Source: Candidatus Yonathbacteria bacterium RIFCSPHIGHO2_01_FULL_51_10 (GTDB lineage Bacteria > Patescibacteriota > Minisyncoccia > Phycocordibacterales > UBA1539_B). From it: 37,578 nucleotides of DNA. A model generated the notes under the pieces. The model saw nothing but the letters and a program-made list of their open reading frames with translations. It was not told the DNA's origin and did not search any database. A program made the position numbers and the translations under genes. This document shows, in pieces, positions 24,470 through 34,485 of this stretch (positions are counted from its first letter, which is position 1; each line of letters begins with the position of its first letter). The DNA lies in the NCBI GenBank assembly GCA_001823505.1, contig MHUS01000010.1, positions 39,785-77,362 on the forward strand, in the 5' to 3' direction.

Positions 24470-25109
24470 AGAGGCGCGAGCGCAAAAGGTACTTTCCGTA
24501 CTCAAGAAATTGTTCCCTAAGGCGGGAATGATGCTTCGCTACTCCAACAACTGGGAGCTTTTGGTTGCGGTGGAGCTTTCTGCGCAGTGTACCGACAAAA
24601 AAGTGAACGAGGTGACCGAGAGACTCTTTAAAAAATACCGAACGCTTGAGGACTATATCAATGCGGACCAAAAGAAGTTCGAGCAAGATATTTTTTCTAC
24701 CGGGTTCTATCGCAATAAAACAAAAAATATTCTCGCTGCGGCAAAATTTATTACAGCGCGTCACCATGGGAAAATCCCAAAGACGATGGGGGAGATGCTT
24801 GAGGTCCCGGGTGTGGCCCGCAAGACCGCCAATGTGGTCCTGGGCAATGCCTATGGGGTAGTGGAGGGTATAGCCGTCGATACCCATGTAAAGCGTCTGG
24901 TGAGGCTCTGGGGGCTTAGCAGTGAATCAACTCCAGAGAAGATCGAGTGCGATCTTATGACGATCATTCCAAAAAAAGAATGGTTCGACTTTACCTACAA
25001 AGTCATTGAGTACGGGAGAAAATATTGCCCTGCAGCTCCTCGACACGACCACACGCACTGCCCGGTGACCGCAGCGCTCGCGAAGAAGCCTTCGTCTGGA
25101 GGTGAATAG
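24441..25109 (+). CDS. nth: endonuclease III family DNA glycosylase/lyase
   Basis: WELLVAVELSAQCTDKKVN, LEVPGVARKTANVVL (HhH plus catalytic Lys context), IAVDTHVKR (Asp). The C-terminus has only two Cys (KYCPAAPRHDHTHCP). ATG 24441 overlaps the upstream gene by 29 nt. Confidence 0.88.
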   Translation: MAKPIQSKIREARAQKVLSVLKKLFPKAGMMLRYSNNWELLVAVELSAQCTDKKVNEVTERLFKKYRTLEDYINADQKKFEQDIFSTGFYRNKTKNILAAAKFITARHHGKIPKTMGEMLEVPGVARKTANVVLGNAYGVVEGIAVDTHVKRLVRLWGLSSESTPEKIECDLMTIIPKKEWFDFTYKVIEYGRKYCPAAPRHDHTHCPVTAALAKKPSSGGE

Positions 25110-25140
25110 GCAGCATTATAGGGCGGGGTAGGAAAAGAGC

Positions 25141-25174
25141 TAACTTACGCACAATATATCTTTTGCGTAAGTTA
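25141..25174. terminator. hairpin between convergent nth and the M23 peptidase gene
   Basis: TAACTTACGCA / TGCGTAAGTTA stem with a 12-nt loop. T-rich sequence follows on the plus strand. Confidence 0.45.
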
Positions 25175-25251
25175 TGTTGAATTCTTTTAACCTACCACAT
25201 AGATCAAGCACCCTGCCCACACCTGCAATGCCTCAAAAGGCGCCTGTCGCG

Positions 25252-26556
25252 CTATGGGAGCGCCGGAAGGTAGTCCATGGGGTCAAGGTATCCATTAAGC
25301 GCGCCTATAGGCATGGTATAGGTAGCATTGCATACTTTGCTTGGACGCGACTGCACACTTACTGCTTGGCTCGCGTACACACTTAAGTGCAGGTGCGGTC
25401 CGGTTGAATATCCGGTATTGCCACTGTAGCCGATCAGGTCACCCGCCTTCACTTGCTGTCCCTGCACAACCTTAATAAGCGAAAGATGCGCGTACGTTGA
25501 GGCAAGACCATTGTTGTGCCGTATGAAGACCCATTTGCCAAAGGATGCGCGAGGGCACGCAAGGTCAGTGTCGCCCGTGCCCTCTATGGTGCCATCTGCG
25601 CCCGCAAAGATCTGCGTGCCTATGGGCGCGTTGAAGTCCATGCCATTATGTCCCTTACCGCTATACGCACCGCTCCGCGCAAAATCAGTGTCGCCGAAGT
25701 ACTGCGTGATCAAAATAGACGCAAGCGGCCACAAGAGCGGCGCAGAACCTTTCGCGGGCAAAAGTGATGGATTGATGATGGAGTGCAATTGAGCCTCGTA
25801 GTCGGTAAGCTCTTTTTCAAACGCATCTTTAAGCGCGATCTTTGCCGCGAGGATCTTTTGATAGTTGGCTTCCTTGTTTTTGGTCTGAGTGAGCAATTGA
25901 TTCTTCTCCGTTTTACTTGAAGCAACGATCGCCTTACGATCCCCTAACTCTGACTGCAGCGTCGCGAGTGACTTTTGCTGTACCTGCTGTTGGGTTTTTT
26001 TATCCTGAAGATCGGTTCGGGTTGCCGTGAGATCAACAATATGGTCATGAAGCGCCTGCTGGAGCTGCTCGATCGCCGTAAGACGCCCCAAAAAATCCGC
26101 GAGTGATTCGTCTGAAAACATGACCTCGACAAGCGAAGATTGGTCCAATGCGTCCACCGTACGGATCATCGCCGCAATATCCTGCGTGCTCTGCCCAATA
26201 TGCGATTCCGCATCCCCTATCTCGATACTTGTCTTTTGAATGCCATACGTCGTAGCGTCAAGTTTGTTTTGCGTAAGTTTAAGATCCGTTTCCAATTTTT
26301 TCTGCGTTACCGTTAAAGTGTTGACTACGCCCTTAAGGGTCTGCGCTTCCTTGCCGGTTTGCTCCACTTGTTTTTGATAGGTACTGATCTCCGCTTTGAG
26401 CTGATCGATGTCCGTGGCTTTACTTTGGATCTTTTGGTTGAGGTCAGTGATCGTATCGGCGGACACGACAGGAAAAGGGAAAACTCCCGAAAGCGCGGTA
26501 GCGCAGATCGTTCCAACTAAAATTTTTAAATATCGTGATCGGAAACATGCAACCAT
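25252..26556 (-). CDS. M23 family peptidoglycan DD-metalloendopeptidase with long coiled-coil (EnvC-like)
   Basis: Signal/TM, about 230 aa of heptad-like Q/K/E-rich region, then GHNGMDF...GYSGNTGYSTGPHLHLSVY. Confidence 0.9.
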   Translation of the reverse strand: MVACFRSRYLKILVGTICATALSGVFPFPVVSADTITDLNQKIQSKATDIDQLKAEISTYQKQVEQTGKEAQTLKGVVNTLTVTQKKLETDLKLTQNKLDATTYGIQKTSIEIGDAESHIGQSTQDIAAMIRTVDALDQSSLVEVMFSDESLADFLGRLTAIEQLQQALHDHIVDLTATRTDLQDKKTQQQVQQKSLATLQSELGDRKAIVASSKTEKNQLLTQTKNKEANYQKILAAKIALKDAFEKELTDYEAQLHSIINPSLLPAKGSAPLLWPLASILITQYFGDTDFARSGAYSGKGHNGMDFNAPIGTQIFAGADGTIEGTGDTDLACPRASFGKWVFIRHNNGLASTYAHLSLIKVVQGQQVKAGDLIGYSGNTGYSTGPHLHLSVYASQAVSVQSRPSKVCNATYTMPIGALNGYLDPMDYLPALP

Positions 26557-26566
26557 ATAAATAGTA

Positions 26567-27922
26567 TTACGTCGTTAATGCGCGTACCGCATGCGCAATA
26601 CGCTCAAGGGTCTCGCTCTTTCCAATGACACCGGCAATAATGAACGGATCAGGAGAGCGCTCTTTCCCCGAGAGAGCGTAGCGGAGAGGCCAAAGAACCG
26701 CTCCCCTCCCCTCCTTCTCAGCGAACCCCCAAATCGCTCCCTTGACGCCCGGAGCGGTGAATTCATTGGGAGTCAAGCGCTCGAGAGCGTCAGCCACCGT
26801 CTCAAGGCGCATAGCGGTCTTCGCATGATCTCGCTCGTCTTTCCAGAGAAGCGACTCGGCGACATACCCCGGAAGCGCGAAAAAATAATCGTATTCTCCA
26901 TTGTCGCACGCAACCTTGATCTCATGCAGTGTATGTGCACGCTCGATCATAATGGGGAGCATACTCCGCAATCGTTCTTCATTCCACTGTGGCATGAGTT
27001 TTAATCTCGGAGGAATGATCGCAAATACGTCTTCAAACAAAACTCCCGGTGAAAGTTTTTGGAGATATTGCCGGTTGATCCAGTTGAGCTTTTCCGTATT
27101 AAAAATAGCGCCGCCTTTTTGGATCTTGCTCAGATCAAACAATTCGGTCAGTTCATCGATGGAAAAGATCTCTCGTTCGTCTCCCGGATTCCACCCGAGA
27201 AGCGCCAAGAAATTGACGATCGCATCGGGGAAATATCCCAGATCACGATACTCGGTGAGCGCTACGGCACCATGGCGCTTTGAGAGCTTGGAACGGTCAG
27301 GCGCAAGAATGAGTGGCAGATGGGCATAGATCGGCCGCGGTGCACCAAGAGCCTCCCCTATCAAAACCTGACGTGGAGTGTTGGCGATCCCGTCATCACC
27401 ACGGATCACATGCGTGACACCCATATCGGCATCATCGACGACCACGGCAAAGTTATACAGCGGCGTATCAAGATCTTTGGCAATGACAAAATCCCCGAGT
27501 TCGGTTGTGTCGACACTGATGTCCCCGCGTACCTCATCGCGAAACGTTACGAGCTTGCCCGGATTCTTGAAACGGATCACCTCCGTGCGCTTTCCCTCGC
27601 CGCCTTCTTCCGCAGAAACATATGCCGCGCCAGACGCGATCAGCGCCTCAAGCTGCTTTTTGTAAATTGCTCCACGTTCTGACTGACGCGCAAACTCGTC
27701 ATGCGTGAAGCCGAGCCAGCGCAGTCCCTCAAGAATGTTGCTCTCGTATTCCGTGGTGGAGCGTTCCTTGTCCGTATCTTCAATACGCAGAATGAACTTG
27801 CCGCCGTGCTTGCGCGCATACAAAAAATTAAAGAGTGCCGTACGCGCGCTTCCCACATGGAGCACCCCTGTGGGGGACGGGGCGAATCGTGTGACGACAG
27901 ATGAAGTGTGGTTTGATTCCAT
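26567..27922 (-). CDS. gltX: glutamate--tRNA ligase
   Basis: RFAPSPTGVLHVGSARTALFN (HIGH-type), KLSKRHG (KMSKS-type). ATG 27922 lies 4 nt after the murG stop. The ORF-track start 27976 overlaps murG. Confidence 0.93.
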   Translation of the reverse strand: MESNHTSSVVTRFAPSPTGVLHVGSARTALFNFLYARKHGGKFILRIEDTDKERSTTEYESNILEGLRWLGFTHDEFARQSERGAIYKKQLEALIASGAAYVSAEEGGEGKRTEVIRFKNPGKLVTFRDEVRGDISVDTTELGDFVIAKDLDTPLYNFAVVVDDADMGVTHVIRGDDGIANTPRQVLIGEALGAPRPIYAHLPLILAPDRSKLSKRHGAVALTEYRDLGYFPDAIVNFLALLGWNPGDEREIFSIDELTELFDLSKIQKGGAIFNTEKLNWINRQYLQKLSPGVLFEDVFAIIPPRLKLMPQWNEERLRSMLPIMIERAHTLHEIKVACDNGEYDYFFALPGYVAESLLWKDERDHAKTAMRLETVADALERLTPNEFTAPGVKGAIWGFAEKEGRGAVLWPLRYALSGKERSPDPFIIAGVIGKSETLERIAHAVRALTT

Positions 27923-27926
27923 GATG

Positions 27927-29081
27927 TTATTCTTGAGGTTGTGCTTCCATGCGGCGGTGGTCAACGAGGACTGCAACGATCTGTTGCGTTATCTTTGCCG
28001 CGGCGTTGTCTTTGGCGAATGCCTTCGCAGCGGATGCCATACGCTTGCGCCGCTCCGGATCGTCCATGACCGCGTTTATTTCGGCGGCGAGAATATGCGG
28101 CGTAAGATTTGCCTCGTCGATCACTTCACACGCACCGGCTTTTGCATAAATATAGGCATTTTTGCGCTGATGATCTCCGTGCGCGATCGCAAGGGGGATC
28201 ATGATCGACGGCAATCCCCACGATGCAAGCTCAAAAACGGTTGACCCGGCGCGCGAGATGACGAGATCGGCAATCCCCGCGGCTCGAACCATTGCTTCAT
28301 CATTGAGATATGCCAGGGGCTTGTAACGATGCGCGTTGGGATTATTCTCAAGCGTCAACGCGGACGTCTGCTCCACTTCCGTGAGATTAAGCGGACCGGT
28401 CTGATGAATGAGCTGGTAGCGCTCGACGAGCTGAGGTAGGGCTTCCACGATTCCATCATTGATGACCTGCGCTCCTTGTGACCCACCCAACACAAACAGC
28501 GTGGGGAGTGCCGGATCAAGACCGAAAAATTCATGAGACCCTTCCCGGATCGGTGCTTGTATCTCATGACGGATCGGCGCACCAGTAAAAGCTGTTTTAC
28601 CTTGAGGAAAATATTGAGCAGCTTCAGGATACGACACGGCGATCCGCTTGGCGAATTTCCCCGCCCAGCGGTTGACCCGCCCCGGCACGGCATCTGACTC
28701 ATGAATGATCACGGGGATACGCAAGAGGCGCGCCGCGAAAAGTGTCGGGAAGCTCGCATACCCACCCTTCCCGATGACCACGTCAGGGTAGAGCGCAAAG
28801 AGCATGCCGATCGCGTGAACACAGGCAATGCCCGTCTTGAACATATCGATGATGTTTTCGGAAGATGCGGCACTGGTATAGGTACGCATCTTCCCCGTTG
28901 AGAGACGTTTAAAGATGAGGCGGTGCTCAAAGAGCGCCCGCTCGTCATAGGGCTTATCGGCGATAAAATACATCTGGACGTTGGCGATCCTCCGTTCCTC
29001 CAAAAGAGCCCCCAGCTCTTGAGCGATAGCGATGATCGGGTAGAAATGCCCCCCGCCTCCTCCTGCAAAAACTACTTTCAT
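27927..29081 (-). CDS. murG: undecaprenyldiphospho-muramoylpentapeptide beta-N-acetylglucosaminyltransferase
   Basis: MKVVFAGGGGGHFYPIIAIA, GGSQGAQ, and its position after ftsW. Confidence 0.93.
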   Translation of the reverse strand: MKVVFAGGGGGHFYPIIAIAQELGALLEERRIANVQMYFIADKPYDERALFEHRLIFKRLSTGKMRTYTSAASSENIIDMFKTGIACVHAIGMLFALYPDVVIGKGGYASFPTLFAARLLRIPVIIHESDAVPGRVNRWAGKFAKRIAVSYPEAAQYFPQGKTAFTGAPIRHEIQAPIREGSHEFFGLDPALPTLFVLGGSQGAQVINDGIVEALPQLVERYQLIHQTGPLNLTEVEQTSALTLENNPNAHRYKPLAYLNDEAMVRAAGIADLVISRAGSTVFELASWGLPSIMIPLAIAHGDHQRKNAYIYAKAGACEVIDEANLTPHILAAEINAVMDDPERRKRMASAAKAFAKDNAAAKITQQIVAVLVDHRRMEAQPQE

Positions 29082-29103
29082 AATTGGAATAATATAATGA
29101 TTT

Positions 29104-30210
29104 TTATGTTGATTTGGTCATGTACCGCGAGATATTCAGGACGATTCCCACCCCCACAAGCACTGCGAGCAATGCCGATCCGCCATGGCTTATGAACGGC
29201 AGCGGGACGCCCGTAAGAGGGAAAACACCGATCATTGAGGCAATATTAATGAACGCCTGCGTTACAATGAGTATAACAATTCCAACGACAACAAGTCCAC
29301 TAAACTGGTCGGGAGCCCGCCGGGCAATCACGAGCCCGCGAGCTCCAAAAAGAAGGAACGCAACGAGGATGCTCATTGCACCAATAAATCCAAATTCCTC
29401 CGCCGCAACGGCAAAGATGGAATCTCCGACCGGCTCCGGCAGATAGTAATATTTCTGGAGACTTTTCCCGAAGCCGCGTCCTGATATTTGACCTGAGCCA
29501 ACCGCGGTAAGTGATTGCTTGAGCTGATACCCTGCTCCCTGCACGTCCCGCTCAGGGTGGATGAAGGTCGTGAGGCGGCTCACCACGTGCGGTTTGACCG
29601 ATGCAAACAAACCGAATCCAATGACACCTATGAGAACGATCATGCCGACATGCTTCCATGGTACTCCGCTGACAACAAGCATCGCAAATGTCGCAATGGC
29701 AATGATACCGAATGTGCCGGTATCCGGCTCCATGAGAACAAGTGCTCCCGTGACCGCCATCAACACACCAAACGCAATGGTTCCCTGCAGTGAACTTCGC
29801 GCACTCCCTTTTAGTTTTGAGAGAAACGCCGCAAAATAGATCACGACGCCCAACTTGAGAAATTCTGATGGTTGCACCGAAAACGGCCCCAGATAGATCC
29901 AGCGTTTTGCTCCACCGGACGAACCTCCTATCCCGGGGATGAACACAAGCGCGGCAAGGATCATGGTGGCGATCAACAACACGAGTGCGTACGATCGCCA
30001 GAAGCGATACGGAATGTATGATGCCGCAACACACCCCACCCCCCCACAGATCAGCCCGAAGACGATCTGACTTATCAGGATATTGGAGAATACCTCGCTC
30101 CCCTTCTTCGCAAAGATGCCCAGTGACGCTGAATAAAAAATAATAAGTCCTCCCATGATGAGCGCGAGGAGGAGGATAAGCAGTTGTTTGTCGACACCGT
30201 GATCACGCAT
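29104..30210 (-). CDS. ftsW: SEDS family lipid II flippase/peptidoglycan polymerase FtsW
   Basis: About 10 TM. GAKRWI..GPFSVQPSEFLK, DTGT, FIGAM, PLTGVPLPFISHGGSA. ATG 30210 is preferred because the extension to 30279 overlaps mraY. Confidence 0.9.
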   Translation of the reverse strand: MRDHGVDKQLLILLLALIMGGLIIFYSASLGIFAKKGSEVFSNILISQIVFGLICGGVGCVAASYIPYRFWRSYALVLLIATMILAALVFIPGIGGSSGGAKRWIYLGPFSVQPSEFLKLGVVIYFAAFLSKLKGSARSSLQGTIAFGVLMAVTGALVLMEPDTGTFGIIAIATFAMLVVSGVPWKHVGMIVLIGVIGFGLFASVKPHVVSRLTTFIHPERDVQGAGYQLKQSLTAVGSGQISGRGFGKSLQKYYYLPEPVGDSIFAVAAEEFGFIGAMSILVAFLLFGARGLVIARRAPDQFSGLVVVGIVILIVTQAFINIASMIGVFPLTGVPLPFISHGGSALLAVLVGVGIVLNISRYMTKST

Positions 30211-30221
30211 AGGAGTACCTG

Positions 30222-31277
30222 TTAGCCCATCAGCGCGATGATCATGCCGATGATCGCAAAGATCACCGAAATTATCCAAAAGCGCATGGTCACTTTATAC
30301 GACGGCCAGCCGAGTGCCTCGAAGTGGTGATGGATCGGCGCCACCAAAAATATTTTTTTTCCGTTGCGGAATCGTTTGGAAAGCGTCTGAATGATCACGG
30401 ACCCGGAACTCACAAAAAGCGGTAGCGCAATAATGGGCAAGACAGCGACCTCATGCGTAAGGAAGGCAACCACCGTAAGAGATGTCGTAAGCCCCAAGAT
30501 CCCCGTCTCAGACATGTAAAAACGAGCGGGGGGAATATTAAACCAAAGAAACGCCAATGTCCCCCCGACGATGACCGCGCAAAATGCCGCAAGATCGATG
30601 TAATTTTCAAAAAATGCAATACCGGCGTATGCAGAGAAGATGGCAGCCATCACTCCACCGGAAAGACCGTCAATGCCGTCGATCACCCCACCGGAGAACA
30701 GCGCAAGCATGACAAGCATAAAGAATGGAATGAATGCCCATCCAAGATCAACTTCTCCGGCAAACGGAATTGCGATTGATGTGACGTCAAGCTTGAACAT
30801 GAACCACCACGCACCAATGAACCCGATAAGCAGCACCAGGGCAATGCGCTTCTTTAAAGCGAGTCCTCCGGCAACATATCCACCCTTCCCCGCGACCTGA
30901 AGCAAGTCGTCCGCAAGTCCAATAAGTGAAGCGGTAATAAGTACAAACAGCGGCAACCATGTCTGACTGCGACTGAGAAAATCAAGTTTCTGTGTCACAA
31001 CACTGGGGAACAAATGAGAGATCATCCAAATAATTGCGATGGTCAAAAGTGCACTTGCCCAGATGATGATCCCGCCCATGCGCGGCGTTTTTTTAACCTC
31101 GTCTTTGTGTAATGATGCAGAAATTGGAGCGGCTCCCCCATCAAGCGCTTTCTGTACGCTCTGCTTCTTCCACGCCTTATGTTTGTAGAGATAATGAGTG
31201 AGAATGGGCGTGATGGCAATACCTATAAAGAAGGCTATCGCCGCCGGCGCAAACACTTTCACTACATCTATGATCAT
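30222..31277 (-). CDS. mraY: phospho-N-acetylmuramoyl-pentapeptide-transferase
   Basis: KKTPRMGGIII, GLADDLL, IDGIDGL, VAPIHHHFE. Confidence 0.95.
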   Translation of the reverse strand: MIIDVVKVFAPAAIAFFIGIAITPILTHYLYKHKAWKKQSVQKALDGGAAPISASLHKDEVKKTPRMGGIIIWASALLTIAIIWMISHLFPSVVTQKLDFLSRSQTWLPLFVLITASLIGLADDLLQVAGKGGYVAGGLALKKRIALVLLIGFIGAWWFMFKLDVTSIAIPFAGEVDLGWAFIPFFMLVMLALFSGGVIDGIDGLSGGVMAAIFSAYAGIAFFENYIDLAAFCAVIVGGTLAFLWFNIPPARFYMSETGILGLTTSLTVVAFLTHEVAVLPIIALPLFVSSGSVIIQTLSKRFRNGKKIFLVAPIHHHFEALGWPSYKVTMRFWIISVIFAIIGMIIALMG

Positions 31278-31324
31278 TCCTATAGTATACCCGGCAGCGA
31301 GAGATATGCAAAAATGGCTTTTTG

Positions 31325-32410
31325 CTATTGCACTTTAAGATTTTTCCCCTCCGCAGAAATTGTTGCAATGGCCGCGCGGGTGAGTGCCTCGATGTCAGAG
31401 AACCTCCCCTCTGTGGTGGAGGCAAGAACAACGATCACCACGGGGCGACTGAGTCCTGCGTCAACAATAACGGCAAGATTCCCTCCTGCCAGAGACGTAT
31501 ACCCGGTCTTTGACGCGATGATCCCGGGAATATCCAGAACACGCTCGTTGGTATTCGTTGCCGTGTGCGAAAAAGCTTCAAGCGATGAAACCGTTACGGC
31601 GGCGGATGAAGTATCATTAAAAATTTCCGGATGAGTACCCAGTGCGTACGAAAAAAGTTGTGCGGTGTCGCGCGCCGAGCCATACGCTCCAGCTTGCGCA
31701 TCATCACGATCAAGTCCGGTTACGCTCAGGTATGACGTCTCCGTAAGCCCGAGTGCTTGCGCACGCTCGTTCATTTTTAGCAGGAAGGCTTTTTCCGGAG
31801 AAGCCCCGTCATTTATGGGCGCATCTCCTGCAGAATGTTTCAAGGTGCGCCCGACTGATGCTGCTATGGCATGCGCGCCATCGTTGGATGATCCAACCAG
31901 AGTAAGCGCGAGAATATCACGCAGACGAAACTGCTCTGACGAGCGGAGTCCTGAGTCCCCCTCAATAGCAATGTCTGCGGGGCGAATGGTAACCAGTGTG
32001 TCGCGCGAAGATTCTTCTGCGGCAATAAGCGCTGTCATTATTTTTGTAACGGAAGCCAGAGGAAGCCGCGTGTTGGCGTTTTTTTCAAAAAGTACGTTGC
32101 CCGTGGCGATATCGAGGACATAGGCGGCGCGCGCATCAAGAGCAACATCGGCAAAGGGGTCTTTTGGGGCAACGAAGGCTGGCGGTGTGGCTACGCGAGG
32201 GGGATACACCTTTGCGAGCGTGGAGCCTTTCTCTGGAGCTGCATCTTTTTGGAGTATTGCTCCTCCTACGGTCGCGAGAAGGACAAGGGCAAGAGCAAAT
32301 CCAACACGCACAGACTGAGGCGGAAATCCCTCGAGATCGAAGCCGTGCTGGGGAGTTCCCCGTTGAGGCTCTTCCTTGTATTCATTGTTGTAATTAAATT
32401 CATCACTCAT
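31325..32410 (-). CDS. D-alanyl-D-alanine carboxypeptidase (S11, PBP5-type)
   Basis: SVTK (SxxK), SSND (SxN), KTGYT (KTG), N-terminal TM. ATG 32410 overlaps the scpB stop by 8 nt. ATG 32422 or 32482 is also possible. Confidence 0.88.
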   Translation of the reverse strand: MSDEFNYNNEYKEEPQRGTPQHGFDLEGFPPQSVRVGFALALVLLATVGGAILQKDAAPEKGSTLAKVYPPRVATPPAFVAPKDPFADVALDARAAYVLDIATGNVLFEKNANTRLPLASVTKIMTALIAAEESSRDTLVTIRPADIAIEGDSGLRSSEQFRLRDILALTLVGSSNDGAHAIAASVGRTLKHSAGDAPINDGASPEKAFLLKMNERAQALGLTETSYLSVTGLDRDDAQAGAYGSARDTAQLFSYALGTHPEIFNDTSSAAVTVSSLEAFSHTATNTNERVLDIPGIIASKTGYTSLAGGNLAVIVDAGLSRPVVIVVLASTTEGRFSDIEALTRAAIATISAEGKNLKVQ

Positions 32411-33065
32411 GCGTATTCTCATCTTTATTTTCTGAAGAAGTATCGTCCATACCGACCTCACCTTCGTCACCGTATTCATCATCTATCTCAAGTTCTTCGT
32501 CAGCTGAAAAAACCTCAGGTGACGCTGCCTGTTCCGAAGGCGTGCCCGCCTCAAACGTGACGAGCTCATCTCGTATAGCGGTAAAGTCGGGCAGGTCCTC
32601 CGGCCGCGCAACGCCCAAATGCGAGAGGAGGTCAAAGGTCGGGCGGTACCGCGGCACACGTGCGTTCACACCCCCCTCAACACGCTCGATCAACCCACGC
32701 ACGAGAAGCGAACGCACAATGAACGCCGAGTTCACGCCGCGAATGTGGTCGATCTGGCTGCGGGCGACCGGGCCGCGGTAAAGAACGATCGCAAGAGTCT
32801 CGATCCCCGCCTTACCGATCTCACGCGAAAGTTCTTCTTTGAGGAGTCGCTCGATCAAGGCGCTCGCGGGCTGTGCAGTGGCAAGCATTGCGGCGCTATT
32901 CGTCCGCATGAGCGCGAGCCCACTGCCCGCGAGGTGCTCCTCGAGCCGCGCGAGAGCCGCGGTGACCTCCTCCCCGCTCACCCCGAGCATTTCGGCAAGC
33001 TTCGCCTCCGTTACCGGCTCGGCTTTGTAAAATAAAATTGCTTCGATCTGAAAATGAAGTTCCAT
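32403..33065 (-). CDS. scpB: segregation and condensation protein B with acidic C-terminal tail
   Basis: IEAILFYKAEPVT...IETLAIVLYRGPVARSQIDHIRGVNS..VRSLLVRGLI. Confidence 0.9.
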   Translation of the reverse strand: MELHFQIEAILFYKAEPVTEAKLAEMLGVSGEEVTAALARLEEHLAGSGLALMRTNSAAMLATAQPASALIERLLKEELSREIGKAGIETLAIVLYRGPVARSQIDHIRGVNSAFIVRSLLVRGLIERVEGGVNARVPRYRPTFDLLSHLGVARPEDLPDFTAIRDELVTFEAGTPSEQAASPEVFSADEELEIDDEYGDEGEVGMDDTSSENKDENTHE

Positions 33066-33071
33066 ATTGAT

Positions 33072-33803
33072 CTATCGATACTGCGGCACACCCACATCCT
33101 GCGCTTCAATGGAGATGTCCTCGAATGTCGCGTGCTGGATGACATCGATCACGCCTTGCTTTGTCAATTCAAGAAGTGCAAGAAATCCGATGATCACCTC
33201 TTTCTTTTCCTTCTCTCCCCCACCGACGAAGTCCCGGAAACTCATCTTGAGCGCCGCGGCCACACGGTCGCGCAGCCGATCCATGGTTTCCTCAATACTC
33301 ACGATGCGCTTCACGATGACCTTGGGGAGCACTTCTACTTTAGGGAACCGTCCGACCACCTCACGGATGGCGAGCACCAATGCCCCAGGGTTCGTCTCCG
33401 CGTCCGGGGCAAACACCGTAGCGCGCGTGCCTCGATCACGTCGAGCAAACAGAAACTCTGTGCCAAAGCGCTCGTGGAGCGTATGTGCCAGCGTACGATA
33501 CCGCTCATAGAGCTTGAGCCGTCGTTCGAGGTCGTCAATACTTGATTCCTCCTCACGCGAAAGCGTGAGTGTCGGCAAGAGCGAGCGTGATTTAATGAGC
33601 ACCAAAGTTGCGGCAACGAGCAAGAACTGCGCGGTGTCCTTAAGCGGCATGTCGGCGATCCCCCGGACGTAGACCAGGTAGTCGTCCGCGATCTGCGAAA
33701 GCGAGATCTCGTTGATGAGCAGTTTGCGCTTTTCAATGAGCGACAAAAGAAGGTCAAGCGGACCCTCAAAACCCGTAGTTTTTACCTGAAATGCCGTATC
33801 CAT
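33072..33803 (-). CDS. scpA: segregation and condensation protein A (kleisin)
   Basis: FEGPLDLLLSLIEKRKLLINEISLSQIADDYL. ATG 33803 is preferred, and 33845 is possible. Confidence 0.9.
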   Translation of the reverse strand: MDTAFQVKTTGFEGPLDLLLSLIEKRKLLINEISLSQIADDYLVYVRGIADMPLKDTAQFLLVAATLVLIKSRSLLPTLTLSREEESSIDDLERRLKLYERYRTLAHTLHERFGTEFLFARRDRGTRATVFAPDAETNPGALVLAIREVVGRFPKVEVLPKVIVKRIVSIEETMDRLRDRVAAALKMSFRDFVGGGEKEKKEVIIGFLALLELTKQGVIDVIQHATFEDISIEAQDVGVPQYR

Positions 33804-33845
33804 TGGGCTATCATACCATACCAAGAGCACCGGCACAGCAGTCAA

Positions 33846-34484
33846 CTACGGCAAATGCGCGTGGTCGTTCCAGGAAATGAGCTTCCAGTGAGTTTTGCCA
33901 CACGACACGCAGGGGCCGTAGTCAGCGATGGTTATCCCCGTATTTGCAGTCGGTGTCGCATGAGAAAATTTCCTAAATACAGCTGGCTCAAGTTCCTCAC
34001 CGAAAATCATACACATCATGAGCATACGCATAAAAATGCTGTGTGATACAACAACCAAATGCTCATCTGAATGGCTTCCAATGAACCGCAATGCTTCAAG
34101 GGCGCGCTGTTTCAAATCATTGAAACTTTCATCATCGGAGTACTTCCAGTCTGGGTTATCTCCATTCTCCTTTCGCTGCCGCGTATACTCTTGGATAAAT
34201 TGGCTATCGTAGTGTTCACCGGCATACCCTGTTGGGTATCTACGTTCTACAAAAAGCTCGGATGATTCAACCGGCAACCCAAGGCATTCGCTTATGATCT
34301 TTGCGGTTTGCTGTGCACGAACAAACGTACTCGCGATAATTCTTGTATTGGGGATATTTTTGAGACGCTTCGCTACAAAAGCCGCCTGTCGCTCTCCATG
34401 CTCAGTAAGCAGAGCTTCTCCCCCAAAATTAATACGTTGAACATTTTCTTCACTCTCTCCGTGCCGAACAAAATACACCCTCAT
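33846..34484 (-). CDS. histidine phosphatase family protein (phosphoglycerate-mutase-like)
   Basis: VYFVRHGESEEN (RHG motif), a downstream SH motif (VVVSHS). Confidence 0.85.
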   Translation of the reverse strand: MRVYFVRHGESEENVQRINFGGEALLTEHGERQAAFVAKRLKNIPNTRIIASTFVRAQQTAKIISECLGLPVESSELFVERRYPTGYAGEHYDSQFIQEYTRQRKENGDNPDWKYSDDESFNDLKQRALEALRFIGSHSDEHLVVVSHSIFMRMLMMCMIFGEELEPAVFRKFSHATPTANTGITIADYGPCVSCGKTHWKLISWNDHAHLP

Positions 34485-34485
34485 G

